This document shows, piece after piece, positions 47,967-58,494 of a stretch of DNA of 64,000 nucleotides. The DNA lies in contig CAWAHW010000004.1 of assembly GCA_963781885.1 (NCBI GenBank), positions 195,940 to 259,939 of the forward strand, given 5' to 3'. The position numbers were made by a program, and so were the translations under genes. The first letter of the stretch is position 1, and each line of letters starts with the position of its first letter. Source of the DNA: an uncultured Spirochaetota bacterium (GTDB taxonomy: Bacteria; Spirochaetota; Spirochaetia; SZUA-6; Fen-1364). The notes beneath the pieces are model-generated. The model saw only the letters and a list, made by a program, of their open reading frames with translations, was not told the origin of the DNA and ran no database searches.

Positions 47967-49624
47967 GGATATACCCGCTGCACCGTGAGGTCGACGTCTC
48001 GTGGTTTCTGTTCCGGCGACGGCTTTGGAGGCAGAGGCGGACGCGGGTCGAGGTCCTGGGCGGCCACCGGTTGTGAACTGAAATGGATGTCCGCCGGCAG
48101 GGCGTCCGTGGGCTCCGTTGCCACCTTGTCGCCCTGGACCAGGAACGCGTCGTCGGCCCCTGGCAGCGATCCATCGCCCCGCAGCTTGAGCACCCACGTA
48201 CACGTCTGGCCAGCGGAGTAGTAATTCGTGCTCGTGCAGACCGCAAATCCACCGTCGGAAGTCTGAATCGGGTCGAACGGGGCTTCCGGCGCAATACCGC
48301 GATATCGCCTCTCCCATTGTATGGCGCCGCTCGCATCGAGCTTGAGGATCGCGGCATCGCTTCCGTCCCTGGCCGGGGTTCCCGTGGAGAGGACAAAACC
48401 GCCATCAGTGGTCTCCTGGACCGGTGATGCCTGCCAGCCAGGAAGGGGAAGGTCGTATTTCTGTTGCCACGAAATCGCGCCATTCGCGGAAATCTTCAGA
48501 AGCCACAAGATGAGGGGCGCCTCGCCATTGTCGGTCTTTCGCAATCCGGCGCTTATGATTGCCCCTCCTCCCCGGGCCGACGCGACGCCACCCAGGGCCT
48601 CATCCGTTGGCCCACCCACCGTCTCTTGCCATTCGATCACGCCGCCCTCCTTCAGCTTGAGGAGCCAGAGGTCGGCGCTTCCTGCTCCCGGAATCTCCGC
48701 GCTTCCGCCAAGAAGGTACCCGCCTTCAACGGGACAGACGGCCACGGAGCTCCCCGTGGTCAGCCTCCTCCCACCGGCCTGATCACGAAATGCCTCCTGC
48801 CATTCCACGGCGCCATTTGTCGTCAGCTTCACCACCCAGAGGAAAAGGGATTCGGTTGAGTTCCCCGGTTGCACACTCGTGCATAGAATTGAGCCTCCAT
48901 CCGGCGTCTGACGGATAGCGCCGCGCAAAGAAGTGTCACGTGAAAAGCAAATGGTTGATTTCCAGGACATCGTCCCGGCGGAATCGATCTTCATGACCCA
49001 CTGTTCGTCAAACGTGGAATCGACGGTCAGGCTGACGCCAAGGATGAGAATCCCTCCGTCAGTCGTGCGGTCGACGGAATATGCATCGCAGGAGCTTGCG
49101 CTGAGGTAGCTCCCCTGCCAAATGGCATTTCCGTCGGGTCCAAGACGCGCCGCCAGCAAGGCGTGCCGACTGCTATCCTCGCTGGACGTGATCCAGACGG
49201 CGATTGCGTCGCCGTTGTCGAGGGAACAGATGAATCTCCCCGCGGAGTACGCACGGCCCCCCAGGCATCGAGCCCATACGGCTTCCGTAGCGGGCCCACC
49301 GATCATTGTCTCCTTGCCATTCACGAGGGAGCTCACGCGATATTCGCAGGGTGCATCGGCCGGAAGATCGGTATCCACAAAGCTCGTCTCATGCAGAGGG
49401 CTGCCGTTCAGCTTGAGAGGCTCGCCCCCGTGACCGACGGCGCGGTAAACGTTGTAGCCGGCGGCTGACGGCTCTGCACCCCATGCAAGAGAGGCGCTCC
49501 CGGATGCGTAGGCCAGCGTGACTCCCGGCTGCGCAGGAGAGGAAAATGCCTGCGGGGATGCTACACACACGATGAAAAAGAGAAAAATCACGACAAGCCC
49601 ATGGAAGCGGAACTTTTCAGCCAT
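47963..49624 (-). CDS. secreted FN3 + PQQ-like beta-propeller repeat protein (553 aa), paralogous to downstream gene
   Basis: Signal peptide. Repeats TTDGGILILG, TPDGGSILCT, VEGGYLLGG, TTDGGFVLST, TSDGGFAVCT alternating with W..KL...G.I.WQ. Pro-rich C-terminus. Stop overlaps the next start (ATGA). Confidence 0.6.
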   Translation of the reverse strand: MAEKFRFHGLVVIFLFFIVCVASPQAFSSPAQPGVTLAYASGSASLAWGAEPSAAGYNVYRAVGHGGEPLKLNGSPLHETSFVDTDLPADAPCEYRVSSLVNGKETMIGGPATEAVWARCLGGRAYSAGRFICSLDNGDAIAVWITSSEDSSRHALLAARLGPDGNAIWQGSYLSASSCDAYSVDRTTDGGILILGVSLTVDSTFDEQWVMKIDSAGTMSWKSTICFSRDTSLRGAIRQTPDGGSILCTSVQPGNSTESLFLWVVKLTTNGAVEWQEAFRDQAGGRRLTTGSSVAVCPVEGGYLLGGSAEIPGAGSADLWLLKLKEGGVIEWQETVGGPTDEALGGVASARGGGAIISAGLRKTDNGEAPLILWLLKISANGAISWQQKYDLPLPGWQASPVQETTDGGFVLSTGTPARDGSDAAILKLDASGAIQWERRYRGIAPEAPFDPIQTSDGGFAVCTSTNYYSAGQTCTWVLKLRGDGSLPGADDAFLVQGDKVATEPTDALPADIHFSSQPVAAQDLDPRPPLPPKPSPEQKPRDVDLTVQRVYP

Positions 49625-49945
49625 AGTTGTTACCCCCGGAGAATCTCGCTCATTACTTTCTGCTGTCAGAACGTCGGTGAACACGAAGCCGTTCCGTTCC
49701 GCCGTCTCGCCGATCGCGACAGGAATGGAGTGCGCGAATTGGGCGCGTCAACGGCCGCGGCGTGGAGCTCACCGCGTTCGGCACACAGCCTCAAATAAAT
49801 GTATAGATCATTTCAGAGCCACGGGTAAAGGGCAAAGTGCCATACCAAGCGTACGGGCCCGGCCGACATCTCAGGCGGGGCAGCCCGCACCCGCCCGGCG
49901 CTTTCAACTTTTCCGCGCCCACGATCTTCACTACATTACTTCCTC

Positions 49946-50365
49946 ATGGCAACCTCAAGAGCTCAACGCGTACCTGAGTTTCAAGGACAACGCCCGACAG
50001 GCGATGGAGTTCTACCATACCGTCTTCGGCGGCAAGCTGGTGATCAGCACATTCAAGGAGTTTCACGCTTCGAAGGATTCCAGCCAGGACAACCTCGTCA
50101 TGCACGCCGACCTGCAGGGCGACAACGGGATCAGTCTTCTATGCCTCCGACACCGTCAACCCGGCGGAGTACCGTCCCGCGAACGGCATCAGCATGTCGC
50201 TGGGCGGCGACAACGAAAAGGAGCTGACGGGGTATTTCAACAAGCTCAGTGCAGGCGGGAAGGTCACGATGCCCCTGGCCAAAGGCGCAGTGGGGAGACT
50301 CATTCGGCATGCTGGTCGACAAGTTCGGCATCCCCTGGATGGTGAATATCGCCGCGCCAAAGTAG
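49946..50365 (+). pseudogene. PhnB-like / VOC (glyoxalase-fold) family protein, decayed (two to three frameshifts in 420 bp)
   Basis: Segments NAYLSFKDNARQAMEFYHTVFGG, SDTVNPAEYRPANGISMSLGGDNEKELTGYFNKLSAGGKVTMPLAKGAVG and FGMLVDKFGIPWMVN lie in three different frames, in PhnB order. Confidence 0.5.
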
Positions 50366-50374
50366 GCCGCCCGC

Positions 50375-51917
50375 CTACCCTCCCCGCATCTCCTGCACCA
50401 TCGCGCGGGCGCCTTTCATCACGCCCAGCACGCCGCCGCTGCTCTGGCTTTGCGACCCGGCGAACCACAGGTTCGGGATGGGCGTCTCTGTAGCTCGGAT
50501 TGGGCCGGTTCATCACGGGGGCGATGCCGCCGAAGGAGTGATGCTTCTGACGGACACGTTGGCGGAAGTCGGCGGGCGTGACGATGACCCGGGTGCTCGT
50601 TGCGGCGGCGATGCCGGGCACGTGCTTCTCCGCACAGGCGACAAGGTGGTCCGCGTATCGCTCCTTGCCTTCTTCCCAGTCCGCGCCCTGGATCGTATTC
50701 GGCGCGACAGTGTAGATCGTGACCGCCGCGCATCCCGGCGGCGCCATCCCGGGGGAATGGCGGGACGGGATGTAGAGGACAAAGCCGTCCGCGCCGTCGT
50801 GGTAGCGGCCCGCGCGTATGTCGCGGACCCCCTGCTCCACGTCGTACCTGCCATAGTAGTAGCAGAGCGCCGACGGCTGGGCCGGCTCACGGTCGAGCCC
50901 GAGATGCACCATGAAGACGGATTCCATCTGGACCTGCCCGTCCACGACTGCCCGATAATCGCCCGGAAGCTGGTCCGCACCCAGCAGGTCGTAGAATGTC
51001 TCGCGCGCGCCGGCAGTGGAGACAACGAGGTCGGCGGGCTCGCTCTTCCCGTCCACCACGACACCGGTCGCCTTGCCCCCTTCTGTGGTGATCCGCGTGA
51101 CCGCCGCTGAAGTGCGCACCGCGCCACCGGCGGCCGCCAGGGCATCCAGCGCCGCCTTCACCAGGGAGCCGCATCCGCCCTTGATGTACCGGTAGACGGC
51201 CCGCGGCCCGGGCCTCTCACCGCGTTCGGGGTTGCGCGCGTCGAACGCCGACTCCAGGTTGAGCAGCGGCACCCCCAGGGCCGGGAACTCACTCGGAGTG
51301 ACCATCATGTCGGCAAGGATACCGGTGTACACGGCGCTCAGCTTGGGGGATTCGAAGAAATGCGCCATGAGATCGGCGGCGGACTGTGAGCCGAATTGCT
51401 TCACGAGCAGGAAGTTCAAGGCCATTCGGAGCTTGTCCAGCGCGGCAGCGTGCCCATCGCGAATCTCCGCGCGCCGGTTGAGGGTCACAAGCCGGTACAT
51501 CCTCCGGTAGAAGCGGTAGTACCGATCGAGACCGCGCGCGTCGTCGGGGAACAGGCGCCGCAGATGGTCTTTCCGCCACATCGCCCCCTGGTAGTCTGAC
51601 GGCCGCCAGAGCGCAAAGTCCGGAAAAACGATGCCTCGGTCACTCGGCTCCGTGGCCAGGGCCCGGGCGCGCGCGTCAGGCACGCCGATTTCTTCGAGGA
51701 TGCGCGTCCCGATCTCATCAGGGCCAAAGCCCTCCAGGAGAAGCGGACCGAGGTCCCACGAGAATCCGTCCTGAGTAATCGTGGCTGTCACGCCGCCGGG
51801 CTGGGGATACTGCTCGTAGACGGTGACCTTGTGGCCCTCCCGGGCCAGGTAGGCGCCCGCCACCAGGCCCGCCATGCCCGACCCGATGATCGCGACCCGC
51901 TTCTGATTGACTTCCAT
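50375..51917 (-). pseudogene. phytoene-desaturase-family (CrtI-like) FAD-dependent oxidoreductase, frameshift near 50485
   Basis: FAD motif VAIIGSGMAGL. After ...NRPNPSY the true C-terminus (TPIPNLWFAGSQSQSSGGVLGVMKGARAMVQEMRGG*) is in another frame. The track ORF instead runs about 235 nt further through the convergent gene. Confidence 0.6.
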
Positions 51918-51920
51918 CGG

Positions 51921-53357
51921 CTATATCCCCATCTCTTCGAGCTTCTTCCTGTTCTCCGCCGCCTTCTGGGGAGTGAGATCGAACCTGCGCCAGAAGACAA
52001 TGGTCATCGACAGCACCAGGAGCGCGGGCACGATGGCGGTGTGTATCCGAATCCCGACGATCATCAGACGCCAGCCCCCCGGGTTTGCGGCCTGCTGACC
52101 AGCCAGCGTGGGGTGTCCCACCACGAATCCCGTTGCGATGTGCGCCAGCGCGATCACGAGCGCTTTGAGCGCCTCGCTGAACCTCGCGATGAAAGTCTGG
52201 AAGCCGTAGTAGATCGACGGCTCGCGCTTGCCTGTCCTCACCGCCGCGTCGTCCAGGACGTCACCCATGGTGGGCGGATCCATGAACCACTGTCCGCCAA
52301 GGCTTACGCCAAAGAGGGCGAGCGTCGCCATCCACTCCCACCGCGTGACGGCAAACGCCATGGGGATGAAGGAGGCGACCATCAGGAAGCCCGCGATGAT
52401 GCTCATCTTCTTGTTGTCGTTCACCTTCTGCGAGATCCTCACCCACAGCGGGGTGGAGACCAGTGCGCCGGCAAGCATCGAGCCCATGATGAGCGGGAGA
52501 CTCCGGTTGGTGGGGTCGTCCAGGATGTAGGTGATGACGTAGAGCGCAGATGCGTTGACCAGTGCCACGGCGGCCTGGTAGCCGAAGAAGAAGAGGTACT
52601 TCACCCGCACGATCCGGTTGGCCAGTACCTTGCGCGCAACCGTGAAGAACGGCTGGTTGGCTTCGCCCGCACGGGCCTGGTTGCGCGCGTACTCGGCACG
52701 CATGCGCTTGTTCTCATAGACGCCGGGGAGAATGAGCGCGAACAGCAGGAACCCGCCGGCAAAGGAGACAAGCGCCCCCAGCCGGTAGCTCTCGGGATGG
52801 TTCTGGTTCACGATCATCCCGGTGATCACGAAGGCAAGGACGAGGCCGAGTATGCCCAGGAGCGTGCCCCAGCCCTGGACGGCGCGCCGTTCCTCGGGGG
52901 TGCGGAACTTAACCGGGAAGAGCGATACCGAGTTGATGTCGTAGAGCGTGTAGAAGGTGTCGAACAACAAGAGCGCCCCGATATACCACGCGAAGATCTT
53001 CCACGTGTCGTGCGGCGCGTGCCAGGCAAGCGGCACGAGAAAGATGAGGAGGTAGGAGAAGATCCAGGGGATGCCGCCGATCAGGATCCATGGGAAGCGG
53101 TGCATGTGTGTCCGCTTCTGCCAGGGCATCTTGAGCTTCTCCATCAGGTAGCCCGCCAGAGGTGCGTTGATCACGTTCCAGGTAGAAAAGACGAGAAACG
53201 CCACTAACGCGAGCCCCGACGGGAGCCCGATGACGCTCTCATAGTAGAAGAACGTGTACAGGCCGAAGGCAGAGGTGAACCACTGTGAGAACATCTCTCG
53301 TGAGCCGAAGCTGGCATGGATCAGCCGGGAGTTCTCGTAACGTTGCTTCATCGACAC
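51921..53357 (-). CDS. MFS transporter, GPH (glycoside-pentoside-hexuronide) cation symporter-like
   Basis: 12 predicted TMS with GPH-like loop motifs. 478 aa. 3 nt upstream of the CrtI-like gene. Confidence 0.75.
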   Translation of the reverse strand: MSMKQRYENSRLIHASFGSREMFSQWFTSAFGLYTFFYYESVIGLPSGLALVAFLVFSTWNVINAPLAGYLMEKLKMPWQKRTHMHRFPWILIGGIPWIFSYLLIFLVPLAWHAPHDTWKIFAWYIGALLLFDTFYTLYDINSVSLFPVKFRTPEERRAVQGWGTLLGILGLVLAFVITGMIVNQNHPESYRLGALVSFAGGFLLFALILPGVYENKRMRAEYARNQARAGEANQPFFTVARKVLANRIVRVKYLFFFGYQAAVALVNASALYVITYILDDPTNRSLPLIMGSMLAGALVSTPLWVRISQKVNDNKKMSIIAGFLMVASFIPMAFAVTRWEWMATLALFGVSLGGQWFMDPPTMGDVLDDAAVRTGKREPSIYYGFQTFIARFSEALKALVIALAHIATGFVVGHPTLAGQQAANPGGWRLMIVGIRIHTAIVPALLVLSMTIVFWRRFDLTPQKAAENRKKLEEMGI

Positions 53358-53434
53358 TGTCTCCTTTTATCGGGCATGCTATCATCCGATCGGGTCGACC
53401 GCAAACAAAATCCGTTCGGCGCAAGGGGGAAAAT

Positions 53435-54460
53435 GTGCAAAAAGAAATCACGTCTGCCGGCGATCTCCTGGATGCTCGCGGCAGGCTGGTCGCGAGTGGC
53501 TGGGCGCGGAAGCCTCTCCTGCGCTACGACCGCGGCAGGGTTGCCGCCGGAGCGCTCCGGATCAAGGAGTGGGACTACTACGAGATCATCAACCCCGACT
53601 ACGGCATCGTCCTGCTGGTCTATGACATCGGCTACCAGGGCAGGGCGGTAGTGAAGTGGATGGACTTCCGGGCCGGAACCTTTGAGGAGAACGGCCCGAC
53701 ACTCTGGTTCACCCGCGGCGGCATGGGCCTGCCCCCCGGCTCGGAGACCGGCGATGTCGTCTTTGACCGCGGCGGCGTTCAGTGGGCATGCCGCCGCCGC
53801 GCTGACGGGGCCCGCGCCTTCGAGTTCTCCTTCCCGGACTTCCGCGGCGGCACAGGCATTTCCGGAGAGTTGGAGCTGGCCCCGGCGCGCGGGGACTCCA
53901 TGGTCAACGCCATCCCTTTCCGAAACGCGACCAGGTTCGTCTATGCGCAGAAGATCACCTGCATGATGCCGGAAGGCCGGGTCAGGATGGGAAACGATGC
54001 CTACACCTTCTCACGGGACAACCACAGCTTCGGCTGCCTGGACTGGAGCAGGGCAGCATTCCCGTACCACTCCGAGTGGCGATGGTGCATCGCCTCCGGG
54101 ACGGTGGGCGGCGTGCCCTTCGGCATGAACATCGACTACGGGTTCGGCACCGAGTCGAGCAAGTCGATGATCTTTCGCGACAGCGTGGGCCATCACTTGG
54201 ACGAGGCCCGCTACACCTTCGACCGCGCGGACCCGATGAAGCCGTGGATCTTCACGGACAATGAGAACCGGGTCGAGCTCAGCCTCAGACCGGTGTGCAT
54301 CGAGCGCGGCTCCACGAACTACGTGATCCTCAAGACGAGCCTGCTGAAGGTGTACGGCTTCTTTACCGGGCGGGTGCGCCTGGACGACGGACGATGGATC
54401 ACCATCAGCGAGTCTGACCGGCTGTTCGGCTCCGCGGAGGCAGTGGTGAACGACTGGTAG
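53435..54460 (+). CDS. hypothetical protein (resembles DUF2804 family)
   Basis: GTG start after AAGGGGGA. 341 aa. The family assignment is a recollection, not a search. Confidence 0.55.
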   Translation: MQKEITSAGDLLDARGRLVASGWARKPLLRYDRGRVAAGALRIKEWDYYEIINPDYGIVLLVYDIGYQGRAVVKWMDFRAGTFEENGPTLWFTRGGMGLPPGSETGDVVFDRGGVQWACRRRADGARAFEFSFPDFRGGTGISGELELAPARGDSMVNAIPFRNATRFVYAQKITCMMPEGRVRMGNDAYTFSRDNHSFGCLDWSRAAFPYHSEWRWCIASGTVGGVPFGMNIDYGFGTESSKSMIFRDSVGHHLDEARYTFDRADPMKPWIFTDNENRVELSLRPVCIERGSTNYVILKTSLLKVYGFFTGRVRLDDGRWITISESDRLFGSAEAVVNDW

Positions 54461-54523
54461 AAGAGCACAGTCGGCGATGCTCGGGCAACAGCGACAAAGA
54501 GCGAAGCTCCTGAAGCTCCCGTG

Positions 54524-56080
54524 CTACGGGATTTCCTCGTCGTCCCCCTCGGGCCAGCGCGGCCCGACTCGGGCAAGCGTGATCGACTCGCGGAGATCGA
54601 ACCTTCCTGTCTCGAAGAGCAGAAGGATGGTCGCATCCGACAGGACTGCAAGCTGCGAATAGCCGGCCGCTCCCTCGTAGACCAGGCGGGAAACGGGCCA
54701 CGTGGCGCCTTCGTCGCTTGAGACCCTGAGCGTCATGGCGGCGCGGTAGCCGGCGCCCGGGTTGGCGAATGCGATCTGGCCAGCGGACACCCGCATTATC
54801 GAGCCCTGCGTGTCGGAGTCGGGCAAGCCGGGGGCGTACTGCCAGGGCGCCCAGGATGCACCGCCGTCTGTGCTCGTGGCCACGATACGGTTCTTCCCCA
54901 GGCCTGCCCGGAGATTTGCCACCACGGTGCCGTCCGTGCGCTCGAACATCTGCGGTTCTTCAGTCGCGCCGCCAATGGGCGCGCCGAGCTTCCAGGTCAG
55001 GCCGTGATCGTCGCTGAAGACCGCGCGCGGCTCGCCCAGGGTCGCCGGGATCACCAGCCGGCCGTTTGCAAGCTGGATCCCGCTTCCCGGTCCGCTATGA
55101 CACCACGTGCCGGCGGGCAGCCCCAGCTCCTGGCCGAGGTTGCGCGGCGCCGACCATGTTTGCCCGCGGTCGGGACTGGAGATCACGTGGAAAGAGCTGT
55201 AGTCGATGCAGTAGCCCAGCCAGACCGTGCCGGTTGCCTTGTCGTAGACAACGGTGGGACTATGGACCGTGTGTCTGCCCTGGTCCAGCACGATCGCGAG
55301 CGGGCTCCAGCTTCTGCCGGCATCGGTGCTGCGCTTCATCACAATGTTGATGTCCAGGAGGTCACTCATCGCATCGACGCGGGATTCGGCGAAGGCAAGC
55401 ACCACGTCGCCGGGCAGCACTGTCATGGAGGGGATGCGGTAGCCGCGGCCGGGCTCCTCGCCCGGCACGAACAGCGCGGTGTGCTCCACGCCGGGGGACC
55501 ACCGGGGATGCCACGTCGCGGCCACGATGCCAAAGCAGAGAAAGGCAAAGAGGAATGCCATGCCGGTGGCCGCAGTTGCCCTCATCATGGACGGAGTGCG
55601 GCGGCGGACCGCACCAAAAATGCGCGTGAAGCTGTCCGCCGCGAAAAGCACGGCATAGCCCGCGAAGGGAAACGCCAGGACCGCAACAACGAACATCGGG
55701 ACCGAGCCGAGCGCTCCCAACGCCATCACCTTCCCCACGAGGAGGATCGGGACGATGGCTGCGAGGTTCCAGACCGACCAGCCTACGATCCAGAACGTGT
55801 CTTGCCCCTTGCTGCCAAAACCTCCTGCAAGGATCCCCACGGGTCTGCCGGCAGAAAGGCCTTTCACGGCCAACCACAGCGAGCCGGCCGCGCTTCCAAC
55901 AAGCAGTGCCAGGAAGATTGGAAGGATCCACATGCCTCGGACAACGATAAGAAACTCGCCGCGGAAGGACAAAAGAAACACGGCGTAGATCGCACAAAAG
56001 AGGAGCGAAAACACCACCAGGATGACGCTTTCTGCAAGATCCTTCCTCAAGCCGCGGCGCGTCAGTTCTGTTTCTGTCAT
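54524..56080 (-). CDS. membrane-anchored sialidase / BNR-repeat glycosyl-hydrolase-like protein (GH33-like)
   Basis: N-terminal polytopic membrane region (about 230 aa). YRIPSM (FRIP-like) motif and Asp-boxes STDAGRSW, SPDRGQTW, SDDHGLTW, STDGGASW, SSDEGATW. Start MTETELT at 56080. Confidence 0.7.
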   Translation of the reverse strand: MTETELTRRGLRKDLAESVILVVFSLLFCAIYAVFLLSFRGEFLIVVRGMWILPIFLALLVGSAAGSLWLAVKGLSAGRPVGILAGGFGSKGQDTFWIVGWSVWNLAAIVPILLVGKVMALGALGSVPMFVVAVLAFPFAGYAVLFAADSFTRIFGAVRRRTPSMMRATAATGMAFLFAFLCFGIVAATWHPRWSPGVEHTALFVPGEEPGRGYRIPSMTVLPGDVVLAFAESRVDAMSDLLDINIVMKRSTDAGRSWSPLAIVLDQGRHTVHSPTVVYDKATGTVWLGYCIDYSSFHVISSPDRGQTWSAPRNLGQELGLPAGTWCHSGPGSGIQLANGRLVIPATLGEPRAVFSDDHGLTWKLGAPIGGATEEPQMFERTDGTVVANLRAGLGKNRIVATSTDGGASWAPWQYAPGLPDSDTQGSIMRVSAGQIAFANPGAGYRAAMTLRVSSDEGATWPVSRLVYEGAAGYSQLAVLSDATILLLFETGRFDLRESITLARVGPRWPEGDDEEIP

Positions 56081-56232
56081 GTCACATGATAGCCGGCGCC
56101 GGGGTGTGTCCGCAAGGACGCGCTCTTTTCGCAGCGCGCCGCGGCTGGTGACGTCCCGGGAGGCAAGCGGCAGACGGCCGCGCCGTTCCTCCCGTGTTTC
56201 CACTTGCCGCCGATTCCATGCATAGTAGGCAC

Positions 56233-56835
56233 ATGGCCTTCGATTCCCCATTCGAAGCATTCCTGCAACGCATCGGGGCGCGGCTCGACCCTGTCGATAC
56301 CGATAGGGTGCCGGCCGCGGAAGGAGGCGTGACCCACGCGGCGGTCACCCTCCTCCTGCGTCCGGCGGGCGATTCCGCCGAGATACTTTTTATCAAGCGC
56401 GCGGAGCGGGCCGGAGATCCATGGTCAGGGCACTTGGCATTTCCCGGCGGTCGGGCGGAAAAGTCGGATGCCTCCCTGCTGGACGTCGCCATGCGCGAAG
56501 CCGCGGAAGAGGTGGGAATCGACGCGCGACAAGGCGGCAGGCTGCTCGGCAGGCTGCCAACGATTCGTCCCCTGAGCGCCCGCATTCCTTCCATCACCGT
56601 GACACCATTCGTCGCCGTCGCTCCGCAGGGGGCGGTCCCGCTTCTTCAGCCGGAAGAAGTCGCGGACGCCTTCTGGATGCCGCTCGCTGCGCTCAAGGAG
56701 AGCGGACGCTCCGCGACGGTCCGCTGGGAGGCAAAAGACGGGACGCGGGAGTTTCCTGCCTTCCCTTCTCCCCGGGGCCCGATCTGGGGCATCACGGAAC
56801 GCATCCTCAGTCAATTCCTGGCGCTTGCCGTATGA
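56233..56835 (+). CDS. NUDIX hydrolase (CoA pyrophosphatase-like)
   Basis: Nudix box GHLAFPGGRAEKSDASLLDVAMREAAEEVG. Confidence 0.8.
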   Translation: MAFDSPFEAFLQRIGARLDPVDTDRVPAAEGGVTHAAVTLLLRPAGDSAEILFIKRAERAGDPWSGHLAFPGGRAEKSDASLLDVAMREAAEEVGIDARQGGRLLGRLPTIRPLSARIPSITVTPFVAVAPQGAVPLLQPEEVADAFWMPLAALKESGRSATVRWEAKDGTREFPAFPSPRGPIWGITERILSQFLALAV

Positions 56836-56907
56836 GTGTAAGCAAGAGCCAGCGGTGTCCGCCGCATTCCCGTTGAGTATATTTGATCAGGGTCGGGAGG
56901 TAGCGGC

Positions 56908-57354
56908 ATGCGGCGTCCATTGTTCCTTTCTGTCATATTGATCGTTCTGGCGGGTGGCGCGGTGGCTGCCCAATGCAAACCAACTCCCGGTGCCATTCTG
57001 GACCCAGGCTACACACCGACAGCGCCGAAGCGCGCGAGCGTCGGGTCTGGATTCGTTCTGACAGGCACGGTGATCGGCGATGACGATTGCCGGCCGCTTT
57101 CCGGCGCGACAGTCGAGCTCTGGTTGGCGGGCCCGCAAGGGGATACCGAGGCGCTCCGAGGAACGGTGGTGACGGACAGTAATGGTCGGTACCGGTTTCA
57201 AAGTCCTTTCCCGGCCGCCACCCCGGGAGGCCCTCCTCCGCACATTCACATGAATATCGCCGCGGACGGCTTCGTGGCCATCCAGACGGAGATCTTCCCG
57301 AGAGAGGGCGCCGCGAGCGGCACGTTTGATATCGTCCTCGACTTGGGAGACTAG
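56908..57354 (+). CDS. secreted intradiol-dioxygenase-like small protein
   Basis: Signal peptide. TDSNGRYRF and PPPHIHMNIAADGF resemble the protocatechuate dioxygenase core. Confidence 0.5.
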   Translation: MRRPLFLSVILIVLAGGAVAAQCKPTPGAILDPGYTPTAPKRASVGSGFVLTGTVIGDDDCRPLSGATVELWLAGPQGDTEALRGTVVTDSNGRYRFQSPFPAATPGGPPPHIHMNIAADGFVAIQTEIFPREGAASGTFDIVLDLGD

Positions 57355-57423
57355 GGGCGGCACCACCAGGGCCGGAGCCCGCATTCGCCGCTCGCGTCGA
57401 TCTCACGTATATTTGGAATCCAT

Positions 57424-58494
57424 ATGGAAATAGGAATCTACTCATTCGCCGACCTTTCGCCGGATGCGCACACCGGCCAGATGATAAGCCCGAGCCGGCG
57501 CATGCGCGACATCGTGGAAGAGATCGAGCTGGCAGACCAGCTCGGGCTGGACGTCTACGGCCTGGGGGAGCACCACCGGCCCGACTTCATCAGCTCGGCG
57601 CCCGCCGTGGCGCTGGCAGCGGGGGCGTCCCGCACGAAGCGCATCCGCCTCACCAGCGCGGTTTCGGTGCTGAGCTCGGACGACCCCGTGCGCGTGTACC
57701 AGGACTTCGCGACGTTGGACCTCCTGTCGGGCGGTCGGGCGGAGATCATGGCGGGCAGGGGATCGTTCATCGAGAGCTTCCCCCTCTTCGGCTATGACCT
57801 TGACGACTACGACGAGCTCTTTCAGGAAAAGCTGGACCTGCTCCTCTCTGTCCGGGAAAATGAGAAGGTCACGTGGTCGGGCAAGTTCCGCCCGCCGCTG
57901 CAGGGCCTGGGGGTCTACCCTCGATCTCACCAGCAGCCGCTGCCGGTCTGGGTGGCGGTAGGGGGCAGCCCGGATTCGGTGGCGCGCACGGCCCAGCTCG
58001 GGCTGCCGATGGCGCTTGCAATCATCGGCGGGCAACCGGAGCGTTTCAAGCCCTTCGTGCAACTCTACCGTGACGTGGCGAAGGAAGCCGGGCACGACCC
58101 GTCCACGACAAAGGTCAGCATCAACTCGCACGGGTACATCGCCGACACCTCCCAGCAGGCTGCCGACGAGCACTATCCCGCCATGCAGGCGCTCATGTCG
58201 CGGATCGGCCGCGAGCGCGGATGGCCCCCGATGAGCCGGGCGCAGTTCGAGGCGGACCGCGGGCTTCGCGGGCACCTCCTGCTGGGAAGCCCGCAGGAAG
58301 TCATCGACAAGATGCTCTTCGAGCACAGCATGTTCGCCTACGACCGGTTCCTCATCCAGTTCAGCGTGGGAACCATACCCCACGACAGGATGATGCACTG
58401 CATCGAGCTGTTCGGGACAAAGGTGGCCCCCGCGGTGCGCAAGGCGACGGAGGGCGCCCCTGCCGCGACCGTCCCCGAGCGCGCCCCGGCATGA
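57424..58494 (+). CDS. LLM-class (luciferase-like) flavin-dependent oxidoreductase
   Basis: [16 protein letters not shown]-barrel LLM signature. 356 aa. Confidence 0.8.
   Translation: MEIGIYSFADLSPDAHTGQMISPSRRMRDIVEEIELADQLGLDVYGLGEHHRPDFISSAPAVALAAGASRTKRIRLTSAVSVLSSDDPVRVYQDFATLDLLSGGRAEIMAGRGSFIESFPLFGYDLDDYDELFQEKLDLLLSVRENEKVTWSGKFRPPLQGLGVYPRSHQQPLPVWVAVGGSPDSVARTAQLGLPMALAIIGGQPERFKPFVQLYRDVAKEAGHDPSTTKVSINSHGYIADTSQQAADEHYPAMQALMSRIGRERGWPPMSRAQFEADRGLRGHLLLGSPQEVIDKMLFEHSMFAYDRFLIQFSVGTIPHDRMMHCIELFGTKVAPAVRKATEGAPAATVPERAPA

Noticed and set aside
11452-58398. Many long antisense or alternative-frame ORFs (for example 11452-12702, 15831-16847, 16474-17631, 23159-24922, 27808-29412, 34159-35370, 38582-39577, 41313-42437, 41717-42826, 51831-53207, 55004-56089, 57442-58398)
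   Set aside because: Each lies opposite or out of frame to a gene with clear family motifs. Their translations are Arg/Pro/Gly-rich low complexity, the expected artefact of about 65% GC DNA.
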